Positions 1 to 9,830 are shown, numbered from the stretch's first letter. The stretch: DNA of 64,000 nt from an uncultured Gammaproteobacteria bacterium (GCA_964609095.1 CAZSQN010000001.1:130354-194353), one strand, 5' to 3'. Notes: generated from the sequence alone by a model not told the origin. Made by a program: numbers and translations.

Positions 1-903
1 TCGTTTTTGGCCGGCATTATAGTCCAGGCCGGAATCGGTATTTTTCAGTTTTCCGTTCAGGGCATTTCTCCTTCAACCTTGTTTGGCATTGCCCGCCATG
101 ACCCGGCCTTTTTGGGCGACGCGGTAGTGGAAACAACCGCCGGCCGGTGGCTGCGCGCTTACGGCGCCCTGCCGCATCCGAACATTTTGGGCGGATACTT
201 GGCAATTGCTTTAATTTTTTTGACAACCATAATCATCTGGCGTAAAAAAAATCAAAAAAAAGACATTTTCGCGCTTTTTGGATTGCTTATACTTTCTGCC
301 GCGCTTTTTTTCACTTTTTCGCGCGGAGCCATAATCGCCGCCGGAGCCGGCGGGCTTGTCTTTTTGTGGAACGCGTTTTTGAAAAATGGAGATGAGCGGT
401 TTCACCGGATTATAAAATTCGGATTGCCGGTCGCGGTTTTGTGGGCAGTTTTAGGATTAACTTTTGTGCCGCTTCTCCAGGCCAGATTTATGGGTTTAGG
501 GCGAGTGGAGCAAATATCAACGAATGAGAGAATGTATGAATATGGGCAGGCGTTTGAGCTTTTGCCGCGCTTTGCCGTAGTCGGCGCGGGGATAGGCGCG
601 TACACTAAACGGTTGGAAGAAATTAGCCCCGGACTTCCGGGTTATGCTTACCAGCCGGTGCACAATTTATATCTCCTTCTTTTTATAGAACTTGGATTGA
701 TTGGCGCTATACTTTTTCTTGTCCTGATTTTAAGTTTTATCCGCGCGCTTAATCCGACCGCGAGATGGGCCGCGTATCCTATTCTCGCGGCCCTTTTAAC
801 TTTGGGATTTTCTGACCATTACTTGTGGTCGCTTGAAGCCGGTATAATGTTATTTTGGACGACTTTAGGATTGCTCTATAATTTCCGCGCGACTGAAATT
901 TAA
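1..903 (+). CDS. O-antigen ligase (Wzy_C) family polytopic membrane protein, 5' end outside window
   Basis: ORF open from window edge; multi-TM profile; FTFSRGA and HNLYLLLFIELG segments typical of O-antigen ligase family. Confidence 0.5.
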   Translation, partial: SFLAGIIVQAGIGIFQFSVQGISPSTLFGIARHDPAFLGDAVVETTAGRWLRAYGALPHPNILGGYLAIALIFLTTIIIWRKKNQKKDIFALFGLLILSAALFFTFSRGAIIAAGAGGLVFLWNAFLKNGDERFHRIIKFGLPVAVLWAVLGLTFVPLLQARFMGLGRVEQISTNERMYEYGQAFELLPRFAVVGAGIGAYTKRLEEISPGLPGYAYQPVHNLYLLLFIELGLIGAILFLVLILSFIRALNPTARWAAYPILAALLTLGFSDHYLWSLEAGIMLFWTTLGLLYNFRATEI

Positions 904-1054
904 TTAGCGGTCTTTGACATTTGGAAGAGGGTATAATAAGCTTCATCGTGTTCTTTTGAAGAAACCAACCGCGGGCGGGCGCCATGAGGGCAATCCGCTT
1001 TTAAACGCAAACCCCAACCCCCCGACTGCGCTCGGGGTAAACAAGGAGCAGGAC

Positions 1055-1297
1055 ATGAGAGTGGTTCTCGGCATTTTGATGGTTGTCGGCGGTATTGCGC
1101 TTGGCGTTTACGTCGGCATTTAGGTTTGTTTTGTCGGCGGCATTGTTGACATCATTGAGCAGGTTCAGGCCACTCATGTGACGGCAACTACGGTTGCTTG
1201 GGGCATTGCCAAGATCTTTTTTGCGGGTCTTTTGGGCTGGCTCTCGGCCCTTATTCTGGTTATTCCCGGATTTGCTTTCATCGCCAGCCACGACTAA
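1055..1297 (+). pseudogene. Small hydrophobic membrane protein ORF interrupted by an in-frame TAG at 1121-1123
   Basis: Good RBS (aaggag) 8 nt upstream of ATG 1055; same reading frame stays open through TAG to TAA at 1295-1297 and encodes a hydrophobic peptide (MRVVLGILMVVGGIALGVYVGI*VCFVGGIVDII...GFAFIASHD). Confidence 0.3.
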
Positions 1298-1306
1298 TTA
1301 GAAGCG

Positions 1307-1342
1307 CCCCGTACAAGAGATAAGCTCTTGTGCGGGGTTTTT
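1307..1342 (+). terminator. Rho-independent terminator
   Basis: 13-bp stem ccccgtacaagag / ctcttgtgcgggg with 5-nt loop followed by T5. Confidence 0.7.
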
Positions 1343-1391
1343 GTTTTGATAAATTTCCATCTTCAATTGCGCGCTAGGGGCTGTTGTATTA

Positions 1392-1418
1392 TTAGCACTC
1401 TTACTTGACAAGTGCTAA
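1392..1418 (+). promoter_or_regulatory. CIRCE operator (HrcA binding site) upstream of groES-groEL
   Basis: TTAGCACTC-N9-AAGTGCTAA matches CIRCE consensus TTAGCACTC-N9-GAGTGCTAA with one mismatch; sits about 100 nt upstream of groES and overlaps a TTGACA hexamer. Confidence 0.85.
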
Positions 1419-1517
1419 TGGCCTGTTGTAAGGTTTAAGCAAACAAATGGCTCAGAGCCATTTTTGTTACCTTAATTATTAAGAGCTGAAAGTTAAAAGC
1501 TGACAGCTAATTATTAT

Positions 1518-1805
1518 ATGAATGTACGTCCTCTTGGAGACAGAGTGATTGTGCGGCCTATTAAGGAGGAAGAGGCCACCAAGGCCGGTATTATTCTCCC
1601 CGATACCGCCAAGGAAAAGCCGGAACGCGGCGAAGTTATCGCCGTTGGTCCTGGCAAAATGCTTGAAAACGGAACGCGCGTGGCGATTTCCGTTAAAGCG
1701 GGAGAGAAAGTATTGTTTAAAAAATACAGCCCTGACGAACTTAAGGTCGAAGGTCAGGAGGTCTATGTGCTGCGGGAGGAGGATTTACTCGCGGTAATCG
1801 AATAG
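1518..1805 (+). CDS. groES: Co-chaperonin GroES
   Basis: 95 aa; MNVRPLGDRVIV...mobile loop and roof motifs typical of GroES; immediately upstream of groEL. Confidence 0.95.
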   Translation: MNVRPLGDRVIVRPIKEEEATKAGIILPDTAKEKPERGEVIAVGPGKMLENGTRVAISVKAGEKVLFKKYSPDELKVEGQEVYVLREEDLLAVIE

Positions 1806-1817
1806 CCATAAGCCCTA

Positions 1818-1842
1818 AGCTATATGCCATAAGCATATAGCT
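1818..1842 (+). promoter_or_regulatory. Perfect intercistronic stem-loop between groES and groEL
   Basis: agctatatgc-cataa-gcatatagct, 10-bp perfect stem, 5-nt loop; followed by direct repeat cttacagcc x2. Confidence 0.4.
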
Positions 1843-1869
1843 TACAGCCTACGGCTTACAGCCAACACT

Positions 1870-3516
1870 ATGTCTGCTAAACAAATTTTATATGATGTGC
1901 ACGCGCGGTCAGCTTTAAAGACCGGCGTGGATAAGCTCGCGAACGCGGTTAAAGTGACGCTTGGCCCAAAAGGCCGACAGGTTGTGATTGATAAAGGATA
2001 TGGTTCGCCGATGGTAACCAAAGACGGAGTTTCCGTAGCCAAAGAAATTGAACTGGAAGATAAGATGGAAAATATCGGCGCGGAATTGGTCAAGGAAGTT
2101 GCCAGCAAAACCAATGATGTGGCCGGAGACGGCACTACTACCGCCACTCTTCTTGCCCAAGCTATTGTTGGCGAGGGTTTGAAAAATGTGACTGCCGGCG
2201 CTAATCCGATGCTCTTGAAGCGCGGGCTGGAGCGAGCAGTGGAAGCGGTTGTGGCCGGACTTAAAAAGGTCTCAAAAGAAGTAAAAACACACGAAGAGAT
2301 TGAACAGGTGGCGAGTATCTCCGCCAACGACGCGGAAATCGGCAAAACCATTGCCGAAGCAATGAAAGAAATTTCCAAAGAAATGCGCGACATCAAGGAT
2401 GTGGTGATTACGGTGGAAGAGTCGCAGTCATTCGGCTTTTCGCGCGAAGTAGTCAAGGGTATGCGCTTTGACAAGGGTTATTCTTCTCCTTATATGGTCA
2501 CTAATGCCGAACGGATGGAAGCGGAATATGCCGACCCTTACATTTTGATTACCGATAAAAAGATTTCTTCAGTGCAGGACATTGTGCCGCTTTTGGAAAA
2601 AGTGGTGGCTAGCGGCAAAAAGGAATTAGTGATTATTGCCGAAGAGGTTGAAGGCGAGGCCTTGGCCACGCTGGTGGTTAACAAGCTTCGCGGCACTTTT
2701 AACACGTTGGCCGTCAAGGCGCCGGGCTTTGGCGACAGGAGAAAAGAAATGTTAAAAGATATTGCCGTGCTCACCGGCGGCACAGTGATTACAGAAGAGC
2801 TGGGATTAAAGTTAGAAAACGCGTCTCTTAATGATCTTGGCCACGCCAGAAAAGTTGTTTCTACCAAAGAGCACACTACGATTGTGGAAGGCGCCGGTGA
2901 TGAGAAAAATGTTAAAGACCGCGTAGCACAGATTAAAAAAGAATTGGAAGCAGCCACCTCGGAATTTGATAAGGAAAAGTTGCAGGAACGGCTGGCCAAG
3001 CTGGCCGGAGGCGTGGCTGTCATTAAAGTCGGCGCCGCCACCGAAACCGAAATGAAAGAGAAAAAGCAAAGGATTGAAGACGCGGTCAATGCCACCAAAG
3101 CGGCCGTGGAAGAGGGAATTGTGCCCGGAGGCGGAGTAGCGCTTTTACGCGCCGCCGCGCATATTAAAGATTTGCATCTTGAAGGCGACGAGAAAGTCGG
3201 AGCTTCCATACTTCTGCGCGCGCTGGAATTCCCTATCCGCCAGATTGCCGAAAATGCCGGAGCTGACGGCTCCGTGATTGTTGAAGAAGTGAGAAAGCGT
3301 GAGGGCAATGTCGGTTACAATGCATTGGAAGACAAGTTTGAGGATATGGTTTCCGCCGGCATTATTGACCCGACCAAAGTGACGAGGATCGCGCTCCAAA
3401 ACGCCTCCTCTATCGCGGCGATGATTCTTACTACCGAGGCCGTAGTTGCCGAAAAGCCGGAGAAAAAGGAAAAAGCCGCTCACGGCGGACATGGAATGGA
3501 AGGAATGGAATACTAA
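1870..3516 (+). CDS. groEL: Chaperonin GroEL
   Basis: 548 aa; strong full-length GroEL similarity incl. C-terminal GGM-type tail ([10 protein letters not shown]). Confidence 0.97.
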   Translation: MSAKQILYDVHARSALKTGVDKLANAVKVTLGPKGRQVVIDKGYGSPMVTKDGVSVAKEIELEDKMENIGAELVKEVASKTNDVAGDGTTTATLLAQAIVGEGLKNVTAGANPMLLKRGLERAVEAVVAGLKKVSKEVKTHEEIEQVASISANDAEIGKTIAEAMKEISKEMRDIKDVVITVEESQSFGFSREVVKGMRFDKGYSSPYMVTNAERMEAEYADPYILITDKKISSVQDIVPLLEKVVASGKKELVIIAEEVEGEALATLVVNKLRGTFNTLAVKAPGFGDRRKEMLKDIAVLTGGTVITEELGLKLENASLNDLGHARKVVSTKEHTTIVEGAGDEKNVKDRVAQIKKELEAATSEFDKEKLQERLAKLAGGVAVIKVGAATETEMKEKKQRIEDAVNATKAAVEEGIVPGGGVALLRAAAHIKDLHLEGDEKVGASILLRALEFPIRQIAENAGADGSVIVEEVRKREGNVGYNALEDKFEDMVSAGIIDPTKVTRIALQNASSIAAMILTTEAVVAEKPEKKEKAAHGGHGMEGMEY

Positions 3517-3555
3517 TTTAGCTTATAGCTTTCAGCTGTTAGCTTTTAGAACAAA

Positions 3556-3584
3556 ACACCTCCGACTTATCGGGGGTGTTTTTG
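3556..3584 (+). terminator. Rho-independent terminator after groEL
   Basis: acacctccg / cgggggtgt stem followed by T-tract. Confidence 0.7.
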
Positions 3585-3616
3585 GTTATGGGCGGGGTTT
3601 ATGTTAAAATTAAAAT

Positions 3617-4540
3617 ATGAAAATTCTGATCAAACTGCTTGAGTCGTATGTTATCGTGCTGATTTTGGCGTTATTTTCTGGGCTTGCGTTCCCCGATTTT
3701 GGTTTATATATAGCTCCGGCCAGCACTTTGTTTTTGCAAATCATCTTTTTTCTTTCTTCTCTTAAACTTGACGCCCGCGCTCTCGCGGTAGAGGCTAAAA
3801 GGAAAAGGACGATTGTCTTGGTAAACTTTTACATGCTTATCTTATTTCCCGCGACAGTTTTTTTGCTTGCTAAATTTTTGGCGCCCCAATACGCGCTTCC
3901 GCTCCTGCTTCTTGCGGCTATGCCTGCCGGAATGACTTCGCCGCTTCTCTCCGAGATAGTGGGAGGCTCGGTTGGGTTCGCGCTCGTTTTAACTATGACG
4001 ACATCGCTTTTTTCCCCGATTACTATTCCTCTGATGATTAAATTGCTTGCCGGAGCAAGTGTCGTGGTGCCGATTATGGCGATGTTTAAATCTTTATTCT
4101 TTGTGATTGTCGTTCCGTTTGCTTTGGCACAGACCGTCAGGTTGTTTTTTCATGAAAAGATTAAAGCCACCTTTTTTACCTTTAAGCCGATTTCAATTCT
4201 GTTTCTCGGCTTGCTTATATTCGGCATTGTCGCGAAACAGGCGGGGGAGCTTCGCACGCATCTCGGTTTGTTTTTAGGAGCATTGACTGTTTTGTCAATC
4301 TTTTTCTTTCTTTTGCATTTGATCGGATATTGGGGCGTGCCGGGTTTGGCGCGCGCCGAACGTTTATCAGCAACAATCTGTCTTACTTATATGAACTTTA
4401 CTCTGGCTATTTTTTTGGCAGGCAAATTTTTTCCACGGCCGGAAGTTCTTATTCCGGTTATTCTCTCCGTATTTCCTTGGAGCATCGGAATTATACCGTT
4501 TAAATTTTTGGCCAATCGCAGACAGAAAAATGGAACTTGA
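3617..4540 (+). CDS. Polytopic membrane transporter, bile acid:sodium symporter (BASS)/AEC-like family (tentative)
   Basis: 307 aa, about 10 TM helices; MPAGMTSPLLSEIVGGSVGFALVLTMTTSLFSPITIPL region resembles BASS core; family assignment from memory only. Confidence 0.4.
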   Translation: MKILIKLLESYVIVLILALFSGLAFPDFGLYIAPASTLFLQIIFFLSSLKLDARALAVEAKRKRTIVLVNFYMLILFPATVFLLAKFLAPQYALPLLLLAAMPAGMTSPLLSEIVGGSVGFALVLTMTTSLFSPITIPLMIKLLAGASVVVPIMAMFKSLFFVIVVPFALAQTVRLFFHEKIKATFFTFKPISILFLGLLIFGIVAKQAGELRTHLGLFLGALTVLSIFFFLLHLIGYWGVPGLARAERLSATICLTYMNFTLAIFLAGKFFPRPEVLIPVILSVFPWSIGIIPFKFLANRRQKNGT

Positions 4541-4553
4541 AACATGGAACATG

Positions 4554-4580
4554 AAACACTCCCGCGTTGGGAGTGTTTTA
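4554..4580 (+). terminator. Rho-independent terminator
   Basis: aaacactccc-gcgtt-gggagtgttt stem-loop plus T-run; preceded by ggaac(a/t)tgaaaca repeat units. Confidence 0.65.
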
Positions 4581-4728
4581 AAGTTGAAAAGGATTTGTAA
4601 AAAAAGAGTTTACAACAAAAATAAGCGACCGCTTCAAATTGTTGTAAAATGCGAGATTTTAATTTTTGGCCAGCCGTCGCTGCGTACAACCGCTTGCGAA
4701 AAGTGAAAATTTTTGGTATAATATAAAC

Positions 4729-5100
4729 ATGGAAAATGAAATGAGCCAGAATGTATTGCAAGAAGCAAAGCCGGCTCCAACTAAAGACAAAGATATTGAA
4801 GACAACAAAATTATTGCCGCCATCTCCTATTTGGGCGTTCTGGCTTTTATTCCTTTGCTTTTGAAAAAGGATAGTCCGTTTGCCCAGCACCACGCCAGGC
4901 AGGGCCTCGCGCTTTTTATGGTCTGGATAGCGTGGGGAATAGTTGGTTTGTTTTTTTCACTGGCGCAGCTTTCCGCGCTTGTTAATTTGGGCTATTTGAC
5001 GCTTATCGTCATAATGATTATAGGAATTTCCAAGGCCTGGAAAGGCGAGCTCTGGCAGCTGCCTATAATCGGCGAGTACGCGAAAAAACTTAAATTTTGA
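4729..5100 (+). CDS. DUF4870-like small membrane protein
   Basis: 123 aa from ATG 4729 (ORF track start 4666 is over-extended); IAAISYLGVLAFIPLLL...FAQHHARQGLAL motif typical of DUF4870; TTGCGA-N17-TGGTATAAT promoter ends 7 nt before the ATG (near-leaderless). Confidence 0.5.
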   Translation: MENEMSQNVLQEAKPAPTKDKDIEDNKIIAAISYLGVLAFIPLLLKKDSPFAQHHARQGLALFMVWIAWGIVGLFFSLAQLSALVNLGYLTLIVIMIIGISKAWKGELWQLPIIGEYAKKLKF

Positions 5101-5209
5101 ACATAATGCGAATTTCGCGAATGAACGCGAATGCCGCAAATATGCAAATACGGTATTCGCACATTCGTAGATTGGCATAAAATTCATATTATTCGCGTTA
5201 TATTTTTTT

Positions 5210-6314
5210 ATGAAAGATCTTATTGCGAAATTAGAAACACTTAAGAGCCGCGTACTCCAAGGCAGGAGGTTACTTTGACCTGGATAAATTAAAAACAGAA
5301 ATCAAGGCCTTGGAATGGCAAATGAACCAGAAGGATTTTTGGAACGATACGCGTGTGGCCAAAGAGGTCGCGACCAAGCACTCGGAGCTTTCCACCGAAG
5401 TTTCCAATTGGGAAGAGATACAAAAAAAGGTTGAAGACCTTTTGGAATTCTGCCGCGAAGCGGAAGAAACCGGCGAGACATCCATCCGTCCGGAAGCGGA
5501 AAAACAATACGAAGAATTATTAAAGAACTTTGAGCATTTGGAGTTCTTTCTTTTATTTTCGGAAAAATACGACGAGGGTAATTGTATCGTATCAATCCAT
5601 GCCGGCACCGGGGGCACCGAGGCCATGGATTGGGCCGGAATGCTCGCGAGAATGATTTTGCGTTTTAGCGAACGTCAGGGGTTCCGCGCGGAAATTTTAG
5701 ACGAGCATCGCGGCGCCGAAGCTGGGTACAAAAGCATAACTATAATGTTTGAAGGCCGATATGCTTATGGCTACCTTAAATCGGAACACGGCGTGCATCG
5801 GCTGGTGCGCATTTCTCCTTTTGACGCGGAAAAAATGCGCCATACTTCTTTCGCGCTTATAGAAGCGCTGCCGGTTTTGGCTGAAGTTGAAGAAATTAAA
5901 ATAGACCCCAAGGACTTGCGCGTAGACACGTTTCTTTCTTCCGGACATGGAGGACAATCAGTGCAGACAACTTACTCGGCTGTGCGCGTCGTGCATCTTC
6001 CAACAGGCATTACCGTTTCCGTGCAAAATGAGCGAAGTCAGACGCAAAACAAAGAAACAGCATTAAAGATATTGCAGGCCAAACTTCATGCTTTGGCCCA
6101 AGCTGAGCGGGCTGAAGAAAAGCAAAAAATCCGCGGTGAATATACGAGCGCCGAGTGGGGGAACCAGGCGCGGTCTTATGTTCTGCATCCGTATAAATTG
6201 GTCAAAGACCATCGGACAAAATTTGAAACCTCCGATGCCGAATCTGTTTTGGAAGGAAAGTTGGAGGAGCTGGTGGAGAGTTATTTGAGATGGAAGAAGG
6301 TAAAATCAAAATAA
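5210..6314 (+). CDS. prfB: Peptide chain release factor 2 with programmed +1 ribosomal frameshift
   Basis: Frame 0: MKDLIAKLETLKSRVLQGRRLL then TGA at 5276-5278; internal SD-like AGGAGG followed by CTT TGA C; +1 frame continues DLDKLKTEIKALEWQMNQ... into the 5310..6314 ORF; GGQ and SPF (RF2-specific) motifs present. Confidence 0.9.
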
Positions 6315-6396
6315 CCAATCCCGAATACCGAAAAAATAACTAATACCCAATAAATATCTAATGTCTAATTGCTCTAGATAAAGATTAAAGATATAA

Positions 6397-6526
6397 ATCC
6401 GAATATCGAAATTCGAAACTCGAAACAATGCTCAAAATCATAATTTTCAAATTCTCAAAACGTTTTGAACATTTGAACTTTAGATATTTGAATTTGTTTC
6501 GGATTTCGGGCTTCGGATTTCGAGTT
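6397..6526. repeat. Iteron-like heptad arrays: (T)CGAAAY x4 and inverse TTTCGRR x4 flanking a caaaacgttttg palindrome
   Basis: aatccgaatatcgaaattcgaaactcgaaaca (6397-6428) versus tgtttcggatttcgggcttcggatttcgagtt (6495-6526); in the 232-bp prfB-tsaC spacer. Confidence 0.5.
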
Positions 6527-6546
6527 TTAATTCTTTAAAGTGCGGT

Positions 6547-7137
6547 ATGTTAAAAAATGCTGATATCGCTAAAGCAATTTTAATTTTGAGAAAAGGCGGT
6601 GTAGTTGCCATTCCCACCGAAACCGCTTATGGACTGGCGGCGGATTCAATGAACCCAAGCGCGGTTAAAAAGATTTTTTTGATAAAAGGACGTTCTAAAA
6701 CAAAACCTTTGCCGCTTATCGCCGCCTCGCTTAAAATGGTTAAAAAGTTTTTTTATTTATCCAAAATTGAAGAAAAATTGGCGCGCGATTTTTGGCCCGG
6801 GCCTCTGACCATGCTCTTAAAATCCAAAAGGAAATTTCCTCCGGCGTTAATTCGCGGCAAAAAGAAAATTGCCGTCAGGGTTTCTTCCTCGCCAGTGGCG
6901 GCAGAAATATCCGCGCGTTTGGGACGGCCGATTACTTCCACCTCGGCCAATTTATCCGGCCGCAATGAGCTTTACAGCGCGGCGGCTGTAGCGGCTGAAT
7001 TTAAGAATAAAAAGGCAAAACCTGATATGATATTGGATGGCGGCAGATTGCCGCGGAGGAAACCGTCCACAATTATAGAATTTCAAAATGGCAGAATAAT
7101 TATCTTAAGAAAAGGTCAAATAAAATTTAGGAATTAG
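6547..7137 (+). CDS. tsaC: L-threonylcarbamoyladenylate synthase (YrdC/Sua5 family)
   Basis: 196 aa; IPTETAYGLAAD motif and YrdC-domain length. Confidence 0.85.
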   Translation: MLKNADIAKAILILRKGGVVAIPTETAYGLAADSMNPSAVKKIFLIKGRSKTKPLPLIAASLKMVKKFFYLSKIEEKLARDFWPGPLTMLLKSKRKFPPALIRGKKKIAVRVSSSPVAAEISARLGRPITSTSANLSGRNELYSAAAVAAEFKNKKAKPDMILDGGRLPRRKPSTIIEFQNGRIIILRKGQIKFRN

Positions 7138-7164
7138 AAATTTGAAATTGGAAATTTTCGTGTT

Positions 7165-8325
7165 ATGCCTCTTCATCCCATAAATTTTTTGCAAAAACAT
7201 TTTTTCGCCCATCATCTCGCGCGCGAGCTTAAAGAGCTTTACGCCTCTACCGCTATTTTAACTTTTGCCGCCGCGGCCATTGCCATTTTTGAACCGATTT
7301 ATTTTATTACTATCGGCTTTACCCTCGCGCAGGTGCTTTTGTTTTACGGCACCGTGTACGTACTTTACTTCTTTTTATTGCCGCTCGGCGCAAAGTTTGC
7401 TCGTTCCCGCGGCTATGAGCACGGCATTCTTTATTCTTCTCCATTTTTGATTTTGTATTACCTTTCTCTTTTTGCCATACCGCAGAGCAAGATTTTTGTC
7501 GGAGTAGCCGTGCTGGCTTTTGCCATTCAGAAGATTCTTTATTGGCCCAGCTTTCACGCCGATATGGCCCGGTTTGGCAACACCGAGGAGCGCGGGCGCG
7601 AATTGGGAGGCATAGAATTGCTTTTGGCCTTTGTCGCTATTTTGGCGCCGGCTTTTGGCGGCTTGATTATTTCTTTGTTCGGATTCAAGGTCCTTTTTGC
7701 CATCGTTTCCGTTTTGATTTTGGCTTCTAATATCCCCTTGCTTTTGACGCCGGAAAATTTTACTCCGGTGCCGTTTTCTTATAAAGACGCGATGGCTGAT
7801 TTGTTTAAAAAAGAAAACGCGAGAAAGACAATTTCCAGATTTGGTTTTGGCGAACAGCTCCTGACCGCTATTGCTTGGCCAATTTTCATCTTTGCCATCG
7901 TGCCCCAGTTTAGGAAATTGGGCTTAATCGTGTCAGCCACGATTTTGTTCACTTCTCTGACGATGCTTATTGTGGGGCGTCTGACCGATACCCGTTATAG
8001 AAATTTGCTTATCCGTCTTGGAACAATTTTTACGTTTTTTTCCCATCCGGTGCGTTTGATGGTTTTAACCCCCTTTGGCGTGCTGGCGGCTGACACTTTT
8101 TACGGCATTTCCCGTTCCGTTTTGGGCATACCTTTTACCGCTTCCGTTTACGACGAGGCAAAGAACGGGAGTATTATGCGCTCGCTTATGCGTCACGAAA
8201 TGGCGCTGGCCGCCGGCAAGGCCCTGGCCTCTTTTGCCGGCATCGCCTTAATCTTTCTTTTCCCGCCGGGCTGGGCCGCGCTTTTTATCTTTGGCGCGTT
8301 TTTGACCCTGTTTTATTTTTTATAA
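7165..8325 (+). CDS. Polytopic membrane protein, probable MFS-type transporter
   Basis: 386 aa, about 12 predicted TM segments; no specific motif recognised. Confidence 0.4.
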   Translation: MPLHPINFLQKHFFAHHLARELKELYASTAILTFAAAAIAIFEPIYFITIGFTLAQVLLFYGTVYVLYFFLLPLGAKFARSRGYEHGILYSSPFLILYYLSLFAIPQSKIFVGVAVLAFAIQKILYWPSFHADMARFGNTEERGRELGGIELLLAFVAILAPAFGGLIISLFGFKVLFAIVSVLILASNIPLLLTPENFTPVPFSYKDAMADLFKKENARKTISRFGFGEQLLTAIAWPIFIFAIVPQFRKLGLIVSATILFTSLTMLIVGRLTDTRYRNLLIRLGTIFTFFSHPVRLMVLTPFGVLAADTFYGISRSVLGIPFTASVYDEAKNGSIMRSLMRHEMALAAGKALASFAGIALIFLFPPGWAALFIFGAFLTLFYFL

Positions 8326-9204
8326 ATGTCTATTCTCTCCTCTAAGAGAATAAAAGAGTTAGTCGCGGAACTTGGAATATCGCCCCAAAAAACTTTGGGG
8401 CAGAATTTTTTAATAGACGAAAATATTTTGCAGAAAATTATTTCCGTCGCCGAACTTACGGACAAAGACACTATTTTAGAGATTGGCCCGGGATTGGGAA
8501 TTTTAACTAAAGAATTAGCCGTTCGCGCGGGTAAAGTGATTGCTATTGAGAAAGACAAAAAGCTTGTTCATTATCTCCAATCAGCAATGAAGTCACCGCC
8601 AAGGCAGGATCCCGCCTTTTCCGCTTTAAATTTTAAAGAGGCGGCGGGACAATATAACAATATAACAATCGTGGAGGAAGATTTTTTAAAAATTGATTTA
8701 TCTAAATTGGGTTTGGGCAAGAGTTATAAGATTGTCGCCAATTTGCCGTATTCAATAACCTCTGACGCCATAAGAAAGATAATGGAGTCCGATCCGGCGC
8801 CAAGCGCGGCAGTGCTGATGGTGCAAAAAGAGGTGGCTGAACGCATCTGCGCCAAACCAGGGGATATGAGCTTACTGGCGTTGTCCGTCCAATATTATGG
8901 AGTTCCAAGTTTAATGTTTCAGGTCTCAAGAGGAAGTTTTTGGCCAGTGCCCAAAGTTGACAGCGCGGTTATAAAAATACTTATAGACAAAAAACGCGAC
9001 TTAAAAGTCGCAGAAGATTTTTTTAGAATCGCGCGCATCGGATTTTCCTCGCCCAGGAAACAATTGCAAAATAATTTATCCTCGGGGCTGCATACTTCAA
9101 AAGAAAAAACAATTGAACTTTTGAATCGCGCCAAAATCAACCCCAAAGCCCGTCCGGAGGAGCTGGGAGTCGGCGATTGGGAAAGATTGGCGCAAATGGA
9201 TTGA
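8326..9204 (+). CDS. rsmA: 16S rRNA (adenine1518/1519-N6)-dimethyltransferase
   Basis: LGQNFLIDENIL and EIGPGLGILT SAM-binding motifs; 292 aa. Confidence 0.9.
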   Translation: MSILSSKRIKELVAELGISPQKTLGQNFLIDENILQKIISVAELTDKDTILEIGPGLGILTKELAVRAGKVIAIEKDKKLVHYLQSAMKSPPRQDPAFSALNFKEAAGQYNNITIVEEDFLKIDLSKLGLGKSYKIVANLPYSITSDAIRKIMESDPAPSAAVLMVQKEVAERICAKPGDMSLLALSVQYYGVPSLMFQVSRGSFWPVPKVDSAVIKILIDKKRDLKVAEDFFRIARIGFSSPRKQLQNNLSSGLHTSKEKTIELLNRAKINPKARPEELGVGDWERLAQMD

Positions 9205-9290
9205 CGCCAGAAGTTTCTTATAGTATCTTGATTTAACCGTTGGTTCTTTAAATTCAAACAAGATAAACCCAACAAACAAGGAGTTAAAAG

Positions 9291-9749
9291 ATGGCTGATA
9301 GCGGCTCTGAAAGATTTACTGTTTTCGTAAACTACGACGATCCCCGTTGGGGTAAGTTTGATAGTGGGCATTATGATTGTCACTTGCATCCAGATTTTGC
9401 CGTCGCGCATTTTCCAAGCAATGATCATGGTCTGGCTAAAGTGATCATGTGCTATGTAACTCCCGATCCCGCGAATCTGACAGATGCTAGAAAAGCTTTG
9501 AGTGAGATTAAACAACTTGGACTTCGTCGTCCTGACAGAGCAGAAGCCGAAATGTTTTTTGAACAGTATCCCGAGGAGCAAAACAAGTTTCCAATCATTG
9601 CTTTGTGTGGATCAATTGTTGGCGATGGCGTTGATAGGCGCGTCGCTTATATCAGCGCACACAATGACGAGTTTGCTGTAGGTGAAGTTAAGCTCGGACG
9701 CGACGGGTTTCTTAAGTATAGATTTCTCGCCGTCCGCAAGTCCGTCTAA
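9291..9749 (+). CDS. Hypothetical protein
   Basis: 152 aa; strong RBS (aaggag); no recognisable domain; followed by a clean terminator. Confidence 0.5.
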   Translation: MADSGSERFTVFVNYDDPRWGKFDSGHYDCHLHPDFAVAHFPSNDHGLAKVIMCYVTPDPANLTDARKALSEIKQLGLRRPDRAEAEMFFEQYPEEQNKFPIIALCGSIVGDGVDRRVAYISAHNDEFAVGEVKLGRDGFLKYRFLAVRKSV

Positions 9750-9801
9750 ATTCTGCAAAGCAAAACTTTGGTGGACAAGTAACGTTCTTTGAATTTTCGT
9801 G

Positions 9802-9830
9802 CCCTTCCGGCAAATGTCGGAAGGGTTTTA
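9802..9830 (+). terminator. Rho-independent terminator
   Basis: cccttccg-gcaaatgt-cggaaggg followed by TTTTA. Confidence 0.7.

Noticed and set aside
1842-3308. Minus-strand ORFs 1842..2474 and 2538..3308 inside groEL
   Set aside because: Fully embedded antisense to a highly conserved gene; low-complexity S/T/A-rich translations typical of antisense frames
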